Assembly (NCBI GenBank): GCA_963924565.1
Contig: OZ004611.1
Span: 21,514,001-21,578,000, forward strand
Source: Ascidiella aspersa
Taxonomy: Eukaryota
Length of the DNA stretch: 64,000 nucleotides
Direction: 5' to 3'
The notes under the pieces were generated by a model, which was given only the letters and a program-made list of their open reading frames with translations, searched no databases and was not told the DNA's origin. The position numbers were made by a program, and so were the translations under genes. Every line of letters begins with the position of its first letter. Positions within the stretch are counted from its first letter, which is position 1. This document shows positions 36,201-43,755 of this stretch, piece by piece.

Positions 36201-38330
36201 TTTTGTACGACCCATAATGAGACGACAACATATGTGTAAAACAATGTATACACGTGCAATTAATGTTAATGCGAAACTTTTAGTAGCGACACAACACAAA
36301 ATTCTATTGTTGGTCACAAAATGCAACCATTCCCAATTTAATAGAAAACCACCGCATTTATAAATGAGCTCACTGGCTGCGAAGCGTTACATCTCAAAAA
36401 CGTTTAAAGATTACACCAGGTTTCAAACGTTTTGCTAAAATAGACTTTGATATCTAAAGATAGTTTTTAGATGCTTACATAACACTTAACAGTCAACACC
36501 TTATGTTAAAGAAAACGTGACTTCTTAAAAAATGTGCGAAAAATCGTAAAAGCAGTTTACCACAAATCGGTGTGTTTGTTGATATTTCCTTCATTTTATT
36601 TATAGCTCGCTGACGTGACATATTTTTTGCGGGCTCCATGCACAGAATCCAAACTTCGTGTCGTTTTGGTGGCATCCATGCAATTTGCACAAGAAAAATT
36701 GCGCGGACATTACGTCAGGGAAGTATTGCAAACCTGGACACACCGGCAATTGAACAGAAAAGAAACGCTTTCGCGTGGCAAATTGCAGTTTGTCGAATTG
36801 AGTGGCGTCGTTTTCGCCGAAATGCGAAGTGGTAGATGTTTGCGAGAGCGCCCACCTATCAGATCTTCTCAGCCCACACCGTATTTACATGGAATCAAGG
36901 CGACACGGGCAAACTGTTTGTCGTGTAAAGATGAAAGTGCATCGAACTCACGCCTGGGCGCGTCGCTTACGGTGGAATGCCGCTCGTCGACATTTTGCGG
37001 TAAAAATTCCGGGCAATGTGTATCAGCTGCAGCGTTTTATTTATGTTTCAGCCGTGCCATAGCGCGCGTTGCTTTGAAAGTCGAATACCTGGCAGTACGT
37101 GGGGTTCAAATGCTGCTGCAAAATCGGCGCCCAACCGTTTACCTGCGCTATTATTATTCGTCAGTATAAATTTTCGGAAAAGGAAAAAATTATTACACTA
37201 GCCCTTAATACAACAGTAAAAGATTGCCGAAAAGTTTGATTTTAAAAAGGTATTTAGTCGTTTATAACCACCCATATATTCTTTAATATCTAGTCAGATT
37301 GAGTATTTTTAATTTTTGTGTTCGAGGTTTTAAGTTTTCGCTTGATGCAACCTAAAAATTCTCTTTCGTGTTATTTCCCTATTTTAATTCATAAAACGTA
37401 TGCTTTAAAGCCATTCGCTCTACTTCGATGGTATAGCTCTGTTTCGGTACCGGTTTAATCGCACAGTTGGTTAACGTGACCTTGGTAACACGTGCTTTTG
37501 GGTCTAATGCGAGTTGGCACGGGCCCCCCAAAAATGTAAGTTCAAATTCGCAAATTAGACTTCGGTCTCAGTGCCAACAAGCCCAACATTACCATTGCCA
37601 GGTCCAGATTTAAAGGTGTGACGGAACGATTAATCTGTCTGGCACAGTCATATCCTGGACCCAGGCCGAACGTACCGGCGCCGGCTCGGCCTGGGTTCAC
37701 CCGGTGTCGCGACGCCACCCTTTCACGATTTTGGCCCAAAACCTGGTTTCGGGCGCTTGTGACAACCGGGACGCCGGGGTCAGTACGCGGGTCGCGAGGT
37801 CGAGCGGGGGTCAGGGGAATTGTGCAATAATTTGAGCCGGCTGTCTGACATTGACGTAAGGACTTTAAACGGCTATTTTGGCTGATGGAAAACGAAGTAT
37901 CGCATGTTTTGTTGGGAACAACATTCAAGTTAAACGATTTGCAAAACGAACTATATCCTTGTAAGCCAGTGGTTCTCAACCGGGGTGGCGCGGCGCCCTG
38001 GTGTGTCATTTCTGATGCTCAAGGGCGTCGATGAGTATTTGAGAATTTTTAAGAATCTGATTTTCGCTCAATTGGTGAGTTTCTTAATACAACTATTTGT
38101 ATACGATTAGAGACCATTATATCAAATGACATTTTCCGACATGTTTTGCGTTGATTGTGTTGTTCCAGTTCCATTTATAGTGACATTTCAGTAAAATACT
38201 AAAAAAAATCTCACTCACCGTCTTTCAGGGCCCTCCTCCTCCGACTCAAAATCTGTCCGCCGTCGCTTTGCGCATGCGCGGCGTGAAGCAGCGCCGTCGC
38301 CACGACAACGACGAAAAAGTGCGACCGCAT
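194..38330 (-). CDS. Multi-exon gene (38 exons in window, 3' part beyond left edge): secreted signal peptide + VWA + >=18 FN3 repeat extracellular-matrix-type protein (collagen VII/XII/XIV-like N-terminal architecture)
   Basis: Manual splicing of GT-AG exons gives one uninterrupted frame of 5350 nt with matching phases; hallmark VWA motifs (DLYLVVDNS...IC) and FN3 motifs (P..P...W.....GA..Y...L.PGT.Y) recur. Confidence 0.9.
495..730 (-). mobile_element. tRNA-derived SINE-like element
   Basis: Pol III A box TAGTTTAGTTGG (723-712) and B box GAGTTCGAACC (678-668); 3' body recurs at ~57100-57203 and ~7180-7225; head recurs at ~61622-61712. Confidence 0.7.
1056..1277 (-). CDS. Exon 37: FN3-17 second half (GTSHYAFRVTSP...SLRPGTSYVIRMKSVGIQEGRESDENVVITEST)
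   Basis: Phase 1-1, AG/GT. Confidence 0.9.
1889..1966 (-). CDS. Exon 36: FN3-17 first half (IPKEATQIKVDNITTSAIGFQWKRSY), 78 nt
   Basis: Phase 1-1, AG/GT. Confidence 0.88.
2484..2669 (-). CDS. Exon 35: FN3-16 second half (GAVRYRIAIASS...SLRRGAFYNFTVFSIGEEDRINAQGSQVLSIQT)
   Basis: Phase 1-1, AG/GT. Confidence 0.88.
2720..2882. mobile_element. Foldback element with ~60-bp inverted arms, flanked by 11-bp direct repeat ATAGTTGAGTC; relatives at ~16730-16850, ~24197-24270, ~35923-36086
   Basis: Arms and flanking duplication (2709-2719, 2883-2893) read directly; arms contain the hammerhead 3'-half-like GAAACGTT. Confidence 0.75.
3361..3438 (-). CDS. Exon 34: FN3-16 first half (VPATPAGVEASGVFGNRVSLRWQAVK), 78 nt
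   Basis: Phase 1-1, AG/GT. Confidence 0.88.
3854..4036 (-). CDS. Exon 33: FN3-15 second half (GASSYEITVTSD...SLLAGTRYNFAIRSIGDDRVKSIQDAQFSTAT)
   Basis: Phase 1-1, AG/GT. Confidence 0.9.
4609..4875 (-). CDS. Exon 32: FN3-14 second half fused with FN3-15 first half (GTVVEYIVTFEQ...GLEPGTRY...QQTVTLPPGEFDYTAINTDSIDLSWNQAV)
   Basis: Phase 1-1, AG/GT; 267 nt = 189 + 78. Confidence 0.9.
4919..5300. mobile_element. hAT-type MITE (TAGGGATG...CATCCCTA, CCGATA-rich); relatives ~13370-13730 and ~45560-45957
   Basis: Terminal inverted 8-mers and repeated CCGATAC/GTATCGG subterminal motifs. Confidence 0.6.
5438..5515 (-). CDS. Exon 31: FN3-14 first half (VPDTPASAVVSAFTEDSISITWEAVR), 78 nt
   Basis: Phase 1-1, AG/GT. 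Confidence 0.88.
5740..6020. repeat. Degenerate CA-rich low-complexity tract
   Basis: ACAC/ACGC-rich; explains spurious HT/VC ORFs. Confidence 0.8.
6098..6280 (-). CDS. Exon 30: FN3-13 second half (GARSYLVEVKRGES...DLIPGTTYTFDVLAVGEQDRKGEETINYFEST)
   Basis: Phase 1-1, AG/GT. Confidence 0.9.
6621..6698 (-). CDS. Exon 29: FN3-13 first half (APSPPENVRTTSVSTNHVELAWDETI), 78 nt
   Basis: Phase 1-1, AG/GT. Confidence 0.88.
6760..7084. mobile_element. hAT (Charlie-like) MITE; degenerate relatives at ~11645-11868, ~26042-26285, ~26740-26945
   Basis: TIR CAGTGTTTCTCAACC / GGTTGTGAAGCACTG; TSD CTCTAAAA/CTTTAGAA (6/8). Confidence 0.75.
7462..7647 (-). CDS. Exon 28: FN3-12 second half (GARRYIVTSRDP...DLVAGTQYTFRVYSVGKQSRRNTDGSQELVVYT)
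   Basis: Phase 1-1, AG/GT. Confidence 0.88.
7966..8316. mobile_element. hAT (Charlie-like) MITE
   Basis: TIR CAGTGGTTCTCAACC / GGTTGAGAACCGCTG; perfect 8-bp TSD TGCTCGAC. Confidence 0.9.
8609..8686 (-). CDS. Exon 27: FN3-12 first half (VPASPDQPSVLAATAQSVELNWNKIK), 78 nt
   Basis: Phase 1-1, AG/GT. Confidence 0.88.
8907..9163. mobile_element. AATTAC-rich MITE-like element
   Basis: CAGAGTT..CAATT / AATTG..AACTCTG termini with internal AATTAC repeats. Confidence 0.55.
9238..9423 (-). CDS. Exon 26: FN3-11 second half (GAAYYVIAIREG...DLKSGTEYVFQVTSVGEDSKRKSKRSLPVTEET)
   Basis: Phase 1-1, AG/GT. Confidence 0.9.
10319..10396 (-). CDS. Exon 25: FN3-11 first half (VPLAPINIDITEITTSTMFLNWNFVV), 78 nt
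   Basis: Phase 1-1, AG/GT. Confidence 0.88.
11020..11214 (-). CDS. Exon 24: FN3-10 second half (GAQHYVIKVVQF...DLVPGAWYNMSVLSVGTRRRRNLVASPVLTAQT)
   Basis: Phase 1-1, AG/GT. Confidence 0.9.
11886..11963 (-). CDS. Exon 23: FN3-10 first half (LPVTPERPILDGVTTTSIAMEWNDVK), 78 nt
   Basis: Phase 1-1, AG/GT. Confidence 0.88.
12326..12379 (-). ncRNA. Type-I minimal hammerhead ribozyme motif (family A), core intact
   Basis: Minus strand GCC-CUGAAGA-A-GAUUAUC(cguaua)GGUAAUC-GAAA-CGUC-GGC; stem I extends to UUUA..GCC/GGC..UAAA. Confidence 0.75.
12395..12490. repeat. Palindromic element (gtcaaaagacaaaacaacgtggc / gccaccttgttttttgtcttttgac)
   Basis: Inverted arms read directly; adjacent to the family-A hammerhead. 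Confidence 0.65.
12662..12859 (-). CDS. Exon 22: FN3-9 second half (GATAYLVQIDTD...GLDPGTRYNFYLSSIGFQEQVSFVTPRVSDQT)
   Basis: Phase 1-1, AG/GT. Confidence 0.9.
13854..14117 (-). CDS. Exon 21: FN3-8 second half fused with FN3-9 first half (GATHYEVLVQ...LQAGTWYNFTVYS...LQTTPLPPANARVRNAETDAFLVLWDEMW)
   Basis: Phase 1-1, AG/GT; 264 nt = 186 + 78. Confidence 0.9.
14535..14612 (-). CDS. Exon 20: FN3-8 first half (IPVAPLNVREAGVTVSTIKLNWDRAK), 78 nt
   Basis: Phase 1-1, AG/GT. Confidence 0.88.
15317..15520 (-). CDS. Exon 19: FN3-7 second half (GAISYNVYVSSNDF...GLRPGTIYGFRAQSIGHSDRTSSLGEIGYERS)
   Basis: Phase 1-1, AG/GT. Confidence 0.9.
15542..15727. mobile_element. PIF/Harbinger-like MITE
   Basis: TIR AGGCCTATTTACACTATACAG / CTGTATAGTGTAAACGGGCCT; TAA/TTA flanks. 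Confidence 0.7.
16010..16087 (-). CDS. Exon 18: FN3-7 first half (VPAPPRVGSFWEVTSSSMLFRWPEVF), 78 nt
   Basis: Phase 1-1, AG/GT. Confidence 0.88.
16499..16699 (-). CDS. Exon 17: FN3-6 second half (GAQSYIVEMMPL...LFPGTWYSIVAKSVNAFGKVNEVGSPPLAEQS)
   Basis: Phase 1-1, AG/GT. Confidence 0.9.
17150..17227 (-). CDS. Exon 16: FN3-6 first half (LASTPEKLRAAWVNMTMMTFELQPAA), 78 nt
   Basis: Phase 1-1, AG/GT; same length as sister exons though the canonical Trp is Leu. Confidence 0.83.
17780..17980 (-). CDS. Exon 15: FN3-5 second half (GAYIYHVYAEKL...GLEPGMEYRMSLRTEGYQGELSKPSETFIDST)
   Basis: Phase 1-1, AG/GT. Confidence 0.9.
18351..18428 (-). CDS. Exon 14: FN3-5 first half (VPSPPDAVTVNKTGDTFFELHWNASV), 78 nt
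   Basis: Phase 1-1, AG/GT. Confidence 0.88.
18991..19130. mobile_element. MITE; near-identical copy at ~10618-10767
   Basis: TIR CAGTGTTTTTTTAAGG / CCTTAAAAAAAACCTG; TSD TCTGTCAA/CCTGTCAA. Confidence 0.7.
19159..19347 (-). CDS. Exon 13: FN3-4 second half (AAIGYRVIARSL...GMASGETYVFSVYSRGAGEVIDYNVVHPLRVQT)
   Basis: Phase 1-1, AG/GT. Confidence 0.9.
19604..19669 (+). pseudogene. tRNA-Ile(AAT)-like pseudogene / SINE head with collapsed T arm
   Basis: GTTAGCTCAATTGG...CGT.GTGCTAATAAC...GGCCA matches the eukaryotic tRNA-Ile(AAT) 5' half; no GTTCGA. Confidence 0.55.
20723..20800 (-). CDS. Exon 12: FN3-4 first half (APSNPKNITLQYVTETTAQIEWPPQP), 78 nt
   Basis: Phase 1-1, AG/GT. Confidence 0.88.
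21130..21315. mobile_element. Head-to-head (foldback) remnant of family-B hammerhead repeat, Penelope-like
   Basis: Arms aatgtcaaagccaaataag..gtaaatcgaca / tgtcgatttac..cttatttgactttgacatt; degenerate CTGATGA...TAAACGTC inside. Confidence 0.6.
21383..21571 (-). CDS. Exon 11: FN3-3 second half (GARKFVFTITDL...DLTPSKRYAIKAYTIGRTGLISRDSRVIVAFT)
   Basis: Phase 1-1, AG/GT. Confidence 0.9.
21627..21919. mobile_element. hAT (Charlie-like) MITE
   Basis: Degenerate TIRs; TSD ATCTAAAC/ACTTAAAC. Confidence 0.65.
22100..22174 (-). CDS. Exon 10: FN3-3 first half (VPNPPMLEVEQVRHISIELKWKRVK), 75 nt
   Basis: Phase 1-1, AG/GT. Confidence 0.87.
22795..22933 (-). CDS. Exon 9: FN3-2 second half (NADTFTSWKGFLKATGLTAGTRYGATVSSIYSGIISDPSEPKFFTT)
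   Basis: AG/GT boundaries; GL.AGT.Y motif. Confidence 0.88.
23519..23881. mobile_element. hAT MITE (TAGGG termini)
   Basis: TIR TAGGGCGATTATTTTTTGAC / GTCAAAAAATAATCGCCCTA; perfect TSD GTTATTAC. Confidence 0.9.
23927..24057 (-). CDS. Exon 8: FN3-2 first half (SIKKPDLVVDETSVTTSTVNVTWDVNEGVTAKYAVRFQEVNNAS)
   Basis: AG/GT boundaries; FN3 motif; ends phase 0. Confidence 0.88.
24710..24881 (-). CDS. Exon 7: FN3-1 second half (LRWLSNSS...GLTQATTYGALIWAIDRSNKLGPRRSILLTT)
   Basis: AG/GT boundaries; GL...T.Y motif. Confidence 0.88.
25294..25391 (-). CDS. Exon 6: FN3-1 first half (PIGAPRVEIFENTPNSVGLKWRLQAFASKYQAQ)
   Basis: AG/GT boundaries; FN3 Trp and Tyr; ends phase 0. Confidence 0.87.
25737..25778 (+). 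ncRNA. Type-I minimal hammerhead ribozyme motif (family B), core intact, at the head of a ~120-bp dispersed repeat
   Basis: CUGAAGA-U-GAUAC(aagcuc)GUAUC-GAAA-CGUC-UUAAU; downstream sequence shared with 21230-21315 and, inverted, with 57483-57573. Confidence 0.7.
26042..27088. repeat. Local tandem duplication, ~663-bp offset (26281-26425 vs 26944-27088, plus flanking MITE remnant)
   Basis: Direct alignment of aagtaagg..ggcggtc..aaatatcgggcggacgtttgtagaagctgtgcgaacaaa..gcagat. Confidence 0.85.
27392..27494. mobile_element. Short hAT (Charlie-like) MITE
   Basis: TIR CAGGGGTTTCCTACC / GGTTGGGAACCTTTG; TSD GTCTAAAG/GTCTAAAC. Confidence 0.75.
28649..28771 (-). CDS. Exon 5: VWA end (YAIYRQISKLASAPSSKHIVISRYKDLGIRVNQLLKSICTQ)
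   Basis: ttttcAG acceptor, GTAAGT donor; typical IAS.P..H....DL.......IC ending. Confidence 0.88.
30490..30675. repeat. Two diverged tandem copies of a ~90-bp unit
   Basis: ctattct(t)tcgacttttctgtcc...tattcag repeated. Confidence 0.7.
31741..31863 (-). CDS. Exon 4: VWA part 3 (GRNPDNEAICLIFIGSRINGDVEALVKEFQAKCRVVMLGAG)
   Basis: ttctAG acceptor, GTGAGC donor; aligns to the VWA GR...vlvvitdG region. Confidence 0.88.
32707..32867 (-). CDS. Exon 3: VWA part 2 (FGGTVTNVASLNDLTTRPKLNAAIDGITTGRRGAVVQNAMRFMLNESLFNESH)
   Basis: cacAG acceptor, GTAAGC donor; phase 2 to phase 1 fits neighbours. Confidence 0.88.
33492..33639 (-). CDS. Exon 2: VWA part 1 (DCRQATVDLYLVVDNSRLVGSNIKAVKTYLKTVFGSLRIAPDKTRFSLT)
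   Basis: ttttccAG acceptor, GTGAGT donor; VWA beta-A motif. Confidence 0.9.
35205..35256 (+). ncRNA. Degenerate hammerhead motif (family A)
   Basis: Same stem II (agattgcccgaataggtaatc) + GAAACGTTGGC, but CUGAAGA is mutated to CGAAAGA. Confidence 0.55.
38219..38330 (-). CDS. Exon 1: signal peptide + basic propeptide (MRSHFFVVVVATALLHAAHAQSDGGQILSRRRRALKD)
   Basis: ATG in GAAAATG context, hydrophobic core, AHA-Q cleavage-like site; GTGAGT donor, phase 1 matching exon 2. Confidence 0.85.
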
Positions 38331-38399
38331 TTTCCTCGTCGGACCAGTCGCGGCTTGTGAGTAGCTCCGTCTCTCGGTCGAAGAACGTAATCGCGGTAT

Positions 38400-38450
38400 C
38401 AGTCGCAAGTTTGGAAACCTAATCTCGTTTAACTGCTATATATGGAAAGG
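38400..38450 (-). promoter_or_regulatory. Putative core promoter (TATA-like CCATATATAG) of the VWA-FN3 gene
   Basis: TATATA about 110 nt upstream of the ATG, followed by an ATG-free GC-richer leader; TSS not verifiable. Confidence 0.45.
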
Positions 38451-38857
38451 CGTCGGTCTGTGTTGGTTGAAGGCAACCTCAGCTTAATGCGTTTTTTTCT
38501 GGAAATGCCGCACGTGGAGGACAACGACACGACCTGGGTTACAGTAAACAAACAGAGTTATCAAAAACGGTCCTGTTTGGGCAGTTTAGCCGGTAGTGCC
38601 GCAAACCAAAGGGCCGATTTTAAACTATGAAATAATGGCTCCGAGTGTTAGATTTAACCCGAGACTGAAATTGCTTGATTTTGTACCTCTACCTTCGTAA
38701 ATGCGTCTGGTGTTTTAAAACTTGCTGAATTTTGCACTTAAACCAAAATTGATGTTATCCAATGAGTAAGGTTTACGAAAGCATAAACAAATCTATTAAA
38801 AACACCTGACATAAACTGAAACTAAGTCTCATAATTTTAGACCTAGACAATCTAAAC

Positions 38858-39616
38858 CAGTGGTTCCCAACCTTTTTGTTGTCACGGACCCCTTTGCCAT
38901 TGGCATAAAAGTTAAATAAACAATTGACATGAAATAAAGAAACTAGAAAGAAGTGGGAAAAATATATAAATAAAGACAACATAGACTGACGACCAACCCG
39001 CTACATCTGCACAGCAGGGGAAAAGAGCAAAATGTTTTTCGCGGGAGTTGCGCCTCGCACTGTTAGGACTTAGTCGCCCTTCTCCAAGCGGTTTTCCTCG
39101 GGGATATAATTTTAAAAAGGTGACCGCCATGCCTTCAACGTCCTCTGCCTTATTCCTCATATCTATTTAACCACATCCTGGTGTTTTCATTCAAATATTG
39201 ACTATGACTATGCATACCACTCGCCTATATGCTTACCGGTACACTACTGGCCTACCAGTACAGCGTAGTCTCCAACTGCAAGCAGTGGTGTCGTTACCGC
39301 CACTATGAGGTAAACTTTGGTTACACCGCATGCTTTCTATTACGTACTAGACGAGCCAATCCTGATTTGACTGTAATCAACATGCATTGTGCTAAGCGTA
39401 GTATTGTAGTGTAAGGTCTATGTACACACTGTAGGGAGCAACAAAGATTTATTTTATTGCATACCAGCACAGTTTATTCTCGCGGGCTTGAGCTTGTTGA
39501 TACATTTGCATTTAAAGAGAGAAATGAAAGTAAAAAGATCGCTTTTCGTTTTTTCCCCAAAATTTATCAAGGTAATCACGGACCCCCAAATGCTTTCCCC
39601 AGGTTGGGATCCACTG
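38858..39616. mobile_element. hAT (Charlie-like) element, 759 bp, just upstream of the VWA-FN3 promoter
   Basis: TIR CAGTGGTTCCCAACC / GGTTGGGATCCACTG; perfect TSD ATCTAAAC. Confidence 0.8.
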
Positions 39617-42600
39617 ATCTAAACTATGGCATGTCTAAATCATGGGAACCCAAAGCTGTATTATAACATTTCACTTTAAACAAAACGCCTATGTTTGTCC
39701 TCATAAAAGCATATAAGAAACTAAATATTTATGCAATGTTCGCTTAAAAAATAAGTCTTGTTGACTTTGCACTACATCTAAAAATTAACACTTTTTGTCT
39801 ATGTACTAATCGCACATTTTACTGTGATATTTACTAACTGATGATGCTTAGAAAATTCGCATTTAAGTTACGAATTGTGCGTTAGTTGAAAAAAAAATCA
39901 ATTTAAAACAGTTCGATGTAATACGTAATTTAATTAGAAATGGTCGGCATTTTCCTTTTTCAGGTGTCGCTTTGGGGCATCATTTGAGATAAAGGAGGTC
40001 GGAGATGGCTATCTTCTAAATTTAGTTTTACACGACTGGTCGATTATCGGGTAATCTGTTTTTTATTGCTATCCAAACTAGTTGGTTCTTAGTAATGACG
40101 CTGTTGGCCTAACCATGAACGCCAGTACAGTGTTATCTCATTGAAATTAGCAAAACTATAACGGGATATTAAAAAAGCATGACAGTACTCTCGTGGAGAA
40201 AATATGCCAGACAAAAACCTTGGATTAAATAAAAACGAAGAGAAGGAACACCTCCACTCGTCTAGGGCATGAAACCGACGTTGCTGTGGTAAAAGTGTGC
40301 ACTGTACAGGTATTTCGAAATTCCTATTTTCGAAAAAACAGCCTTATCACAGCAATCATGATAGAGAGAAGGGGCCGCGACAATGTAGGGCAGGCGCCTA
40401 AGCCATCGACATTTTTCTAACACCCACCCACACACCAAACACAAAGCTAATTGCAGCGCCTTGAGCGATTGTGGAAAGTGGAATTGTAAATTGCGCAGCC
40501 GCAAAACAATGAACAGTATGTAACAGCTAGAAAGCGATTAAAAGTCTGCCAAGGCGTTGACAATAGTTTTAGTTGAGCTTTGTTTTGAAATCCTCTCCGC
40601 AACGATTTGCTCTGGTTTATTTTCCAAACGTCACCGTAGACTTTGACACAAAAGTTTAGGCATTGTTCAAAACAAACACATACAACAAGGATTATTGTTG
40701 TAACTGACGTACCAAATTCGAACAATTTAACATAAATTTGATACAGATTCTAATTCAACAAAATCACATTTACGTATAGCTGTCGTATAGTAATCGATTC
40801 AAATGTACAACTCGCACGTGCTGTCATAGTAGCTAATACCACGCTGTAAAAACCCTGATCCATTAAAACCGCGGCACAGTAAAAGGATTTTTTCGCCTCT
40901 ATTATGGTTAAAGCCACACGCCCTGGGTTTGCCTGATAACATCGGCGCAGTTTGTTACACAGTTCACAGAATCCACTCTTAATCCGTCTTAAAGATCGTA
41001 TAATACAGCAGAGTCATAGCAGCGCGCACTCAAATGCGATTAACTTCCAAATAAAAAATATATCCTACCGCTTAGTCGAAATAATATTTCCACGTTCTCA
41101 CGATCCAAAAAGTACCGTTTCTACTGAGACAGGGCCGCGATTGCTGTGACATTTAAACGCGGCCAGTTCCGGAGGCGAAATTAACGCTTATTTCGAATTG
41201 CCGTGCATTTAACGCTGTACCGCGGTGTCTTCAGGGTTTGGCACAAGCTCGCGGTTCTATAAATAAAGTGCACGGTTCATAAAGTAGCGAATGAGGACCG
41301 CAAGTCATTTTTAGACCTCCCTTTTACATAGTTTTGAATTCAATAATACATTATGCTATATTACAGCGCGATTCGCAACTGTTTATCAAATTTTCGATTT
41401 TTGTCTTGCCTAAGCTATACGGAAACTGCATGTGATAACGATCATGAAAGGCGAAATAAACTTACGCCGGAGCATTCTCTTTTTTGCGTCGCTTGTTAAT
41501 CTGAGAGTGCGAGTCAAAAGTGTTCGGCGCTTACTGCACTTTTGCAGCACTGATTGCCTTTCGTAAATTCGGCACGTTCTTGTCGTTTTCTGTCTTTTTG
41601 CGAACGACAAGAAACCTGCGTTTTAACGTTTTAACTAACTAAACGGAATTTATCAATCATTATAAAATATACACCGAGCTAGAATATAATCTGCACAACA
41701 TCGCTCAATTACAGTTAGTCTGTAAAGTAGCTCTGTAAGCTAAGTAATTGTTGCTCTTTTAACTGCAATTGTGACCTTTTCTATCACTCGAAAACGCCGC
41801 TGCCACTTAAAATTATAAACAGTGCCACTCAACAGACAACAATGACAGGCTAAAAAATCTTTGTAATATCAACAATCCTGCATTACTTACACCTGCTTAA
41901 CTTTTTCAACTTAAAACTCCTATAGACGTATTTCTATTTAGTGGCAAAGCAATTTCAGCCCTAAACAGTTCAATCTATTCCTGAACGTACTGGGTTGGAC
42001 AACAGAACGAAAGCCCTCCTTTATCAATTTCTAACGAAACTTTTGAAGGCGCTCAAATCTTTCTAGGTGCGCAGCTCGCGCGAGAATGCGGGCAAAACTC
42101 GGACAGCCTTCGTTTTCTGACCTTCTCCCTTTTTCCCGTCGAAACGCGCCGGCTCGGCGAAGTTTCAAAGCGCAACGGGCCCCGGCACAGTTTTGCCTAA
42201 CACGCGCCCGCCTCCTTGGCATTGTTCAAGGGCACAGTGCGTCAAACTTGTTACATCACAGGCCACTTTTATTGGGAACTAATGTGTAAGCCTATAAAAC
42301 GGTGTACCGGCAAATTGCTAACCCCCCAAACTCTGAGGGACCCGAGGCCTCAAAAATACCCTGAAAAATAAACGTATTTGCTGACCAAAATATTTCCGCA
42401 AATAGCAAATGTAATTTACTTTTAATTCGGTCACACTAATAATAAGACATTTGAAATGTGGTATAGATTCACTTTAAGTCATCATTCCATAATAATCGAA
42501 GGGGTTTATAGCTTCCATTTGTCTAAATCTAAATTAAAATAGCTCAGTTAATTTACACGACTCACTTAAAAGAGCTTCGCGGCTTTACAGATAAGAAGTG

Positions 42601-43529
42601 CTGTTTTGGCAGGCTTAGTAACTTATTTCCCTTTTTTAATCAAGCCACCATGTTTTTTTTTACTTTTGACAAGTTACAATTGTCCGCCATTAATATATTG
42701 GTGCGAAAAGGGCACGGTAAACGGCAGCGAAAGGAGTTTGTCTGTGATCTCATTAGCCATGAATGCCTCGTTTGCAACTATTCAATTTGGCTCACTTTCG
42801 CTTCTTTTAATTGTCGACATATAAACCGCTTTCTACTTTGTCACAAGTTCGCCAAATCGCTGCGACTTTCTGTCTAACTCGACTTTAGAAAGTTTAGATT
42901 GAAACGCCTAACACAAGAAAACAATACCAGTTTTACAAAAAAATGTTTAACAGTATCAAAATACAATGCTGCTTCAGTTAAGGTAATGTTGACACGTTAC
43001 TTCAAACGGTTACTTATCTTTCCGGCTAAGCAGTTAAACTGCCCACTCGCAGTGCCACACCTCAAACAAGCAACAGGCGGCATCTAATGCCCAGTTAGAA
43101 CGCTAAAATGACCGTGCCGATAATGTTACTAAGCATAGCTGTATCGCAAGTAACAAGATAATAGCGCGGAAAAGCGATACCTAGTTCTAACTTCCAATAT
43201 ATACTGTTCGGCAGGGAACTACTGCACAAATGTTTATTTCAATGAGTAAGAACAGGATTGAATTGACTGCAGTGCAATGAATAAAATAATGCAATTTCGT
43301 GCATTATTCCCCAAATTAATCAAAATACGAAAACAAACATTTCACTTGCAAAGTTTCTTTTTGTGATTATACACTTTGTCTTGATTTCGGTCTAAATCAC
43401 TGATATTAATATTAATATGTGTGTTAAATTTGTGAAATTAAAAACATAACCTGTATAAAAATACATCACAAATTCCAAGTCAAACAAAAAGACATAAAGG
43501 CTTTTAGACAAGCTTTCTATACTACAAGT

Positions 43530-43755
43530 TATGGCACTGGTCTTCTATCCTACCACATTTTTACAGTAACATAACGACTTGTCAAAATTGAATTACAAGG
43601 AAAAAACAAATATGGGTGAATAAACATAATAATGATACATTACCCACCCAAACGTAAAACCTAATGATAATACTTGACACACCCTAACCCAAATAATGTC
43701 TTGCAATATAACCACACCGACAAAAAAGGTTGTAGAATTCTAGACAAGCGCCCAT
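43530..43755. repeat. Dispersed repeat shared with ~48233-48440
   Basis: Shared ttacagtaac...ttgtcaaaattga...caccctaacccaaataat...attctagac. Confidence 0.65.

Noticed and set aside
36615-37169. Longest ORF in the track (184 aa, + strand)
   Set aside because: No recognisable domain, non-ATG start, antisense within intron 1; likely a chance ORF in GC-richer DNA.
37542-38009. 155-aa minus-strand ORF as an extra exon
   Set aside because: Begins in a MITE end; phase-1 use of nearby acceptors hits stops; exon 1 joins exon 2 cleanly.
194-38330. Calling the gene fibronectin, tenascin or a specific collagen
   Set aside because: No FN1/FN2, EGF, RGD or Gly-X-Y in the window; C-terminus unseen, so no symbol assigned.
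39832-39888. CTGATGA-containing hairpins here and at ~5371-5400
   Set aside because: GAAA box and stems too degenerate to call; at most decayed relatives.
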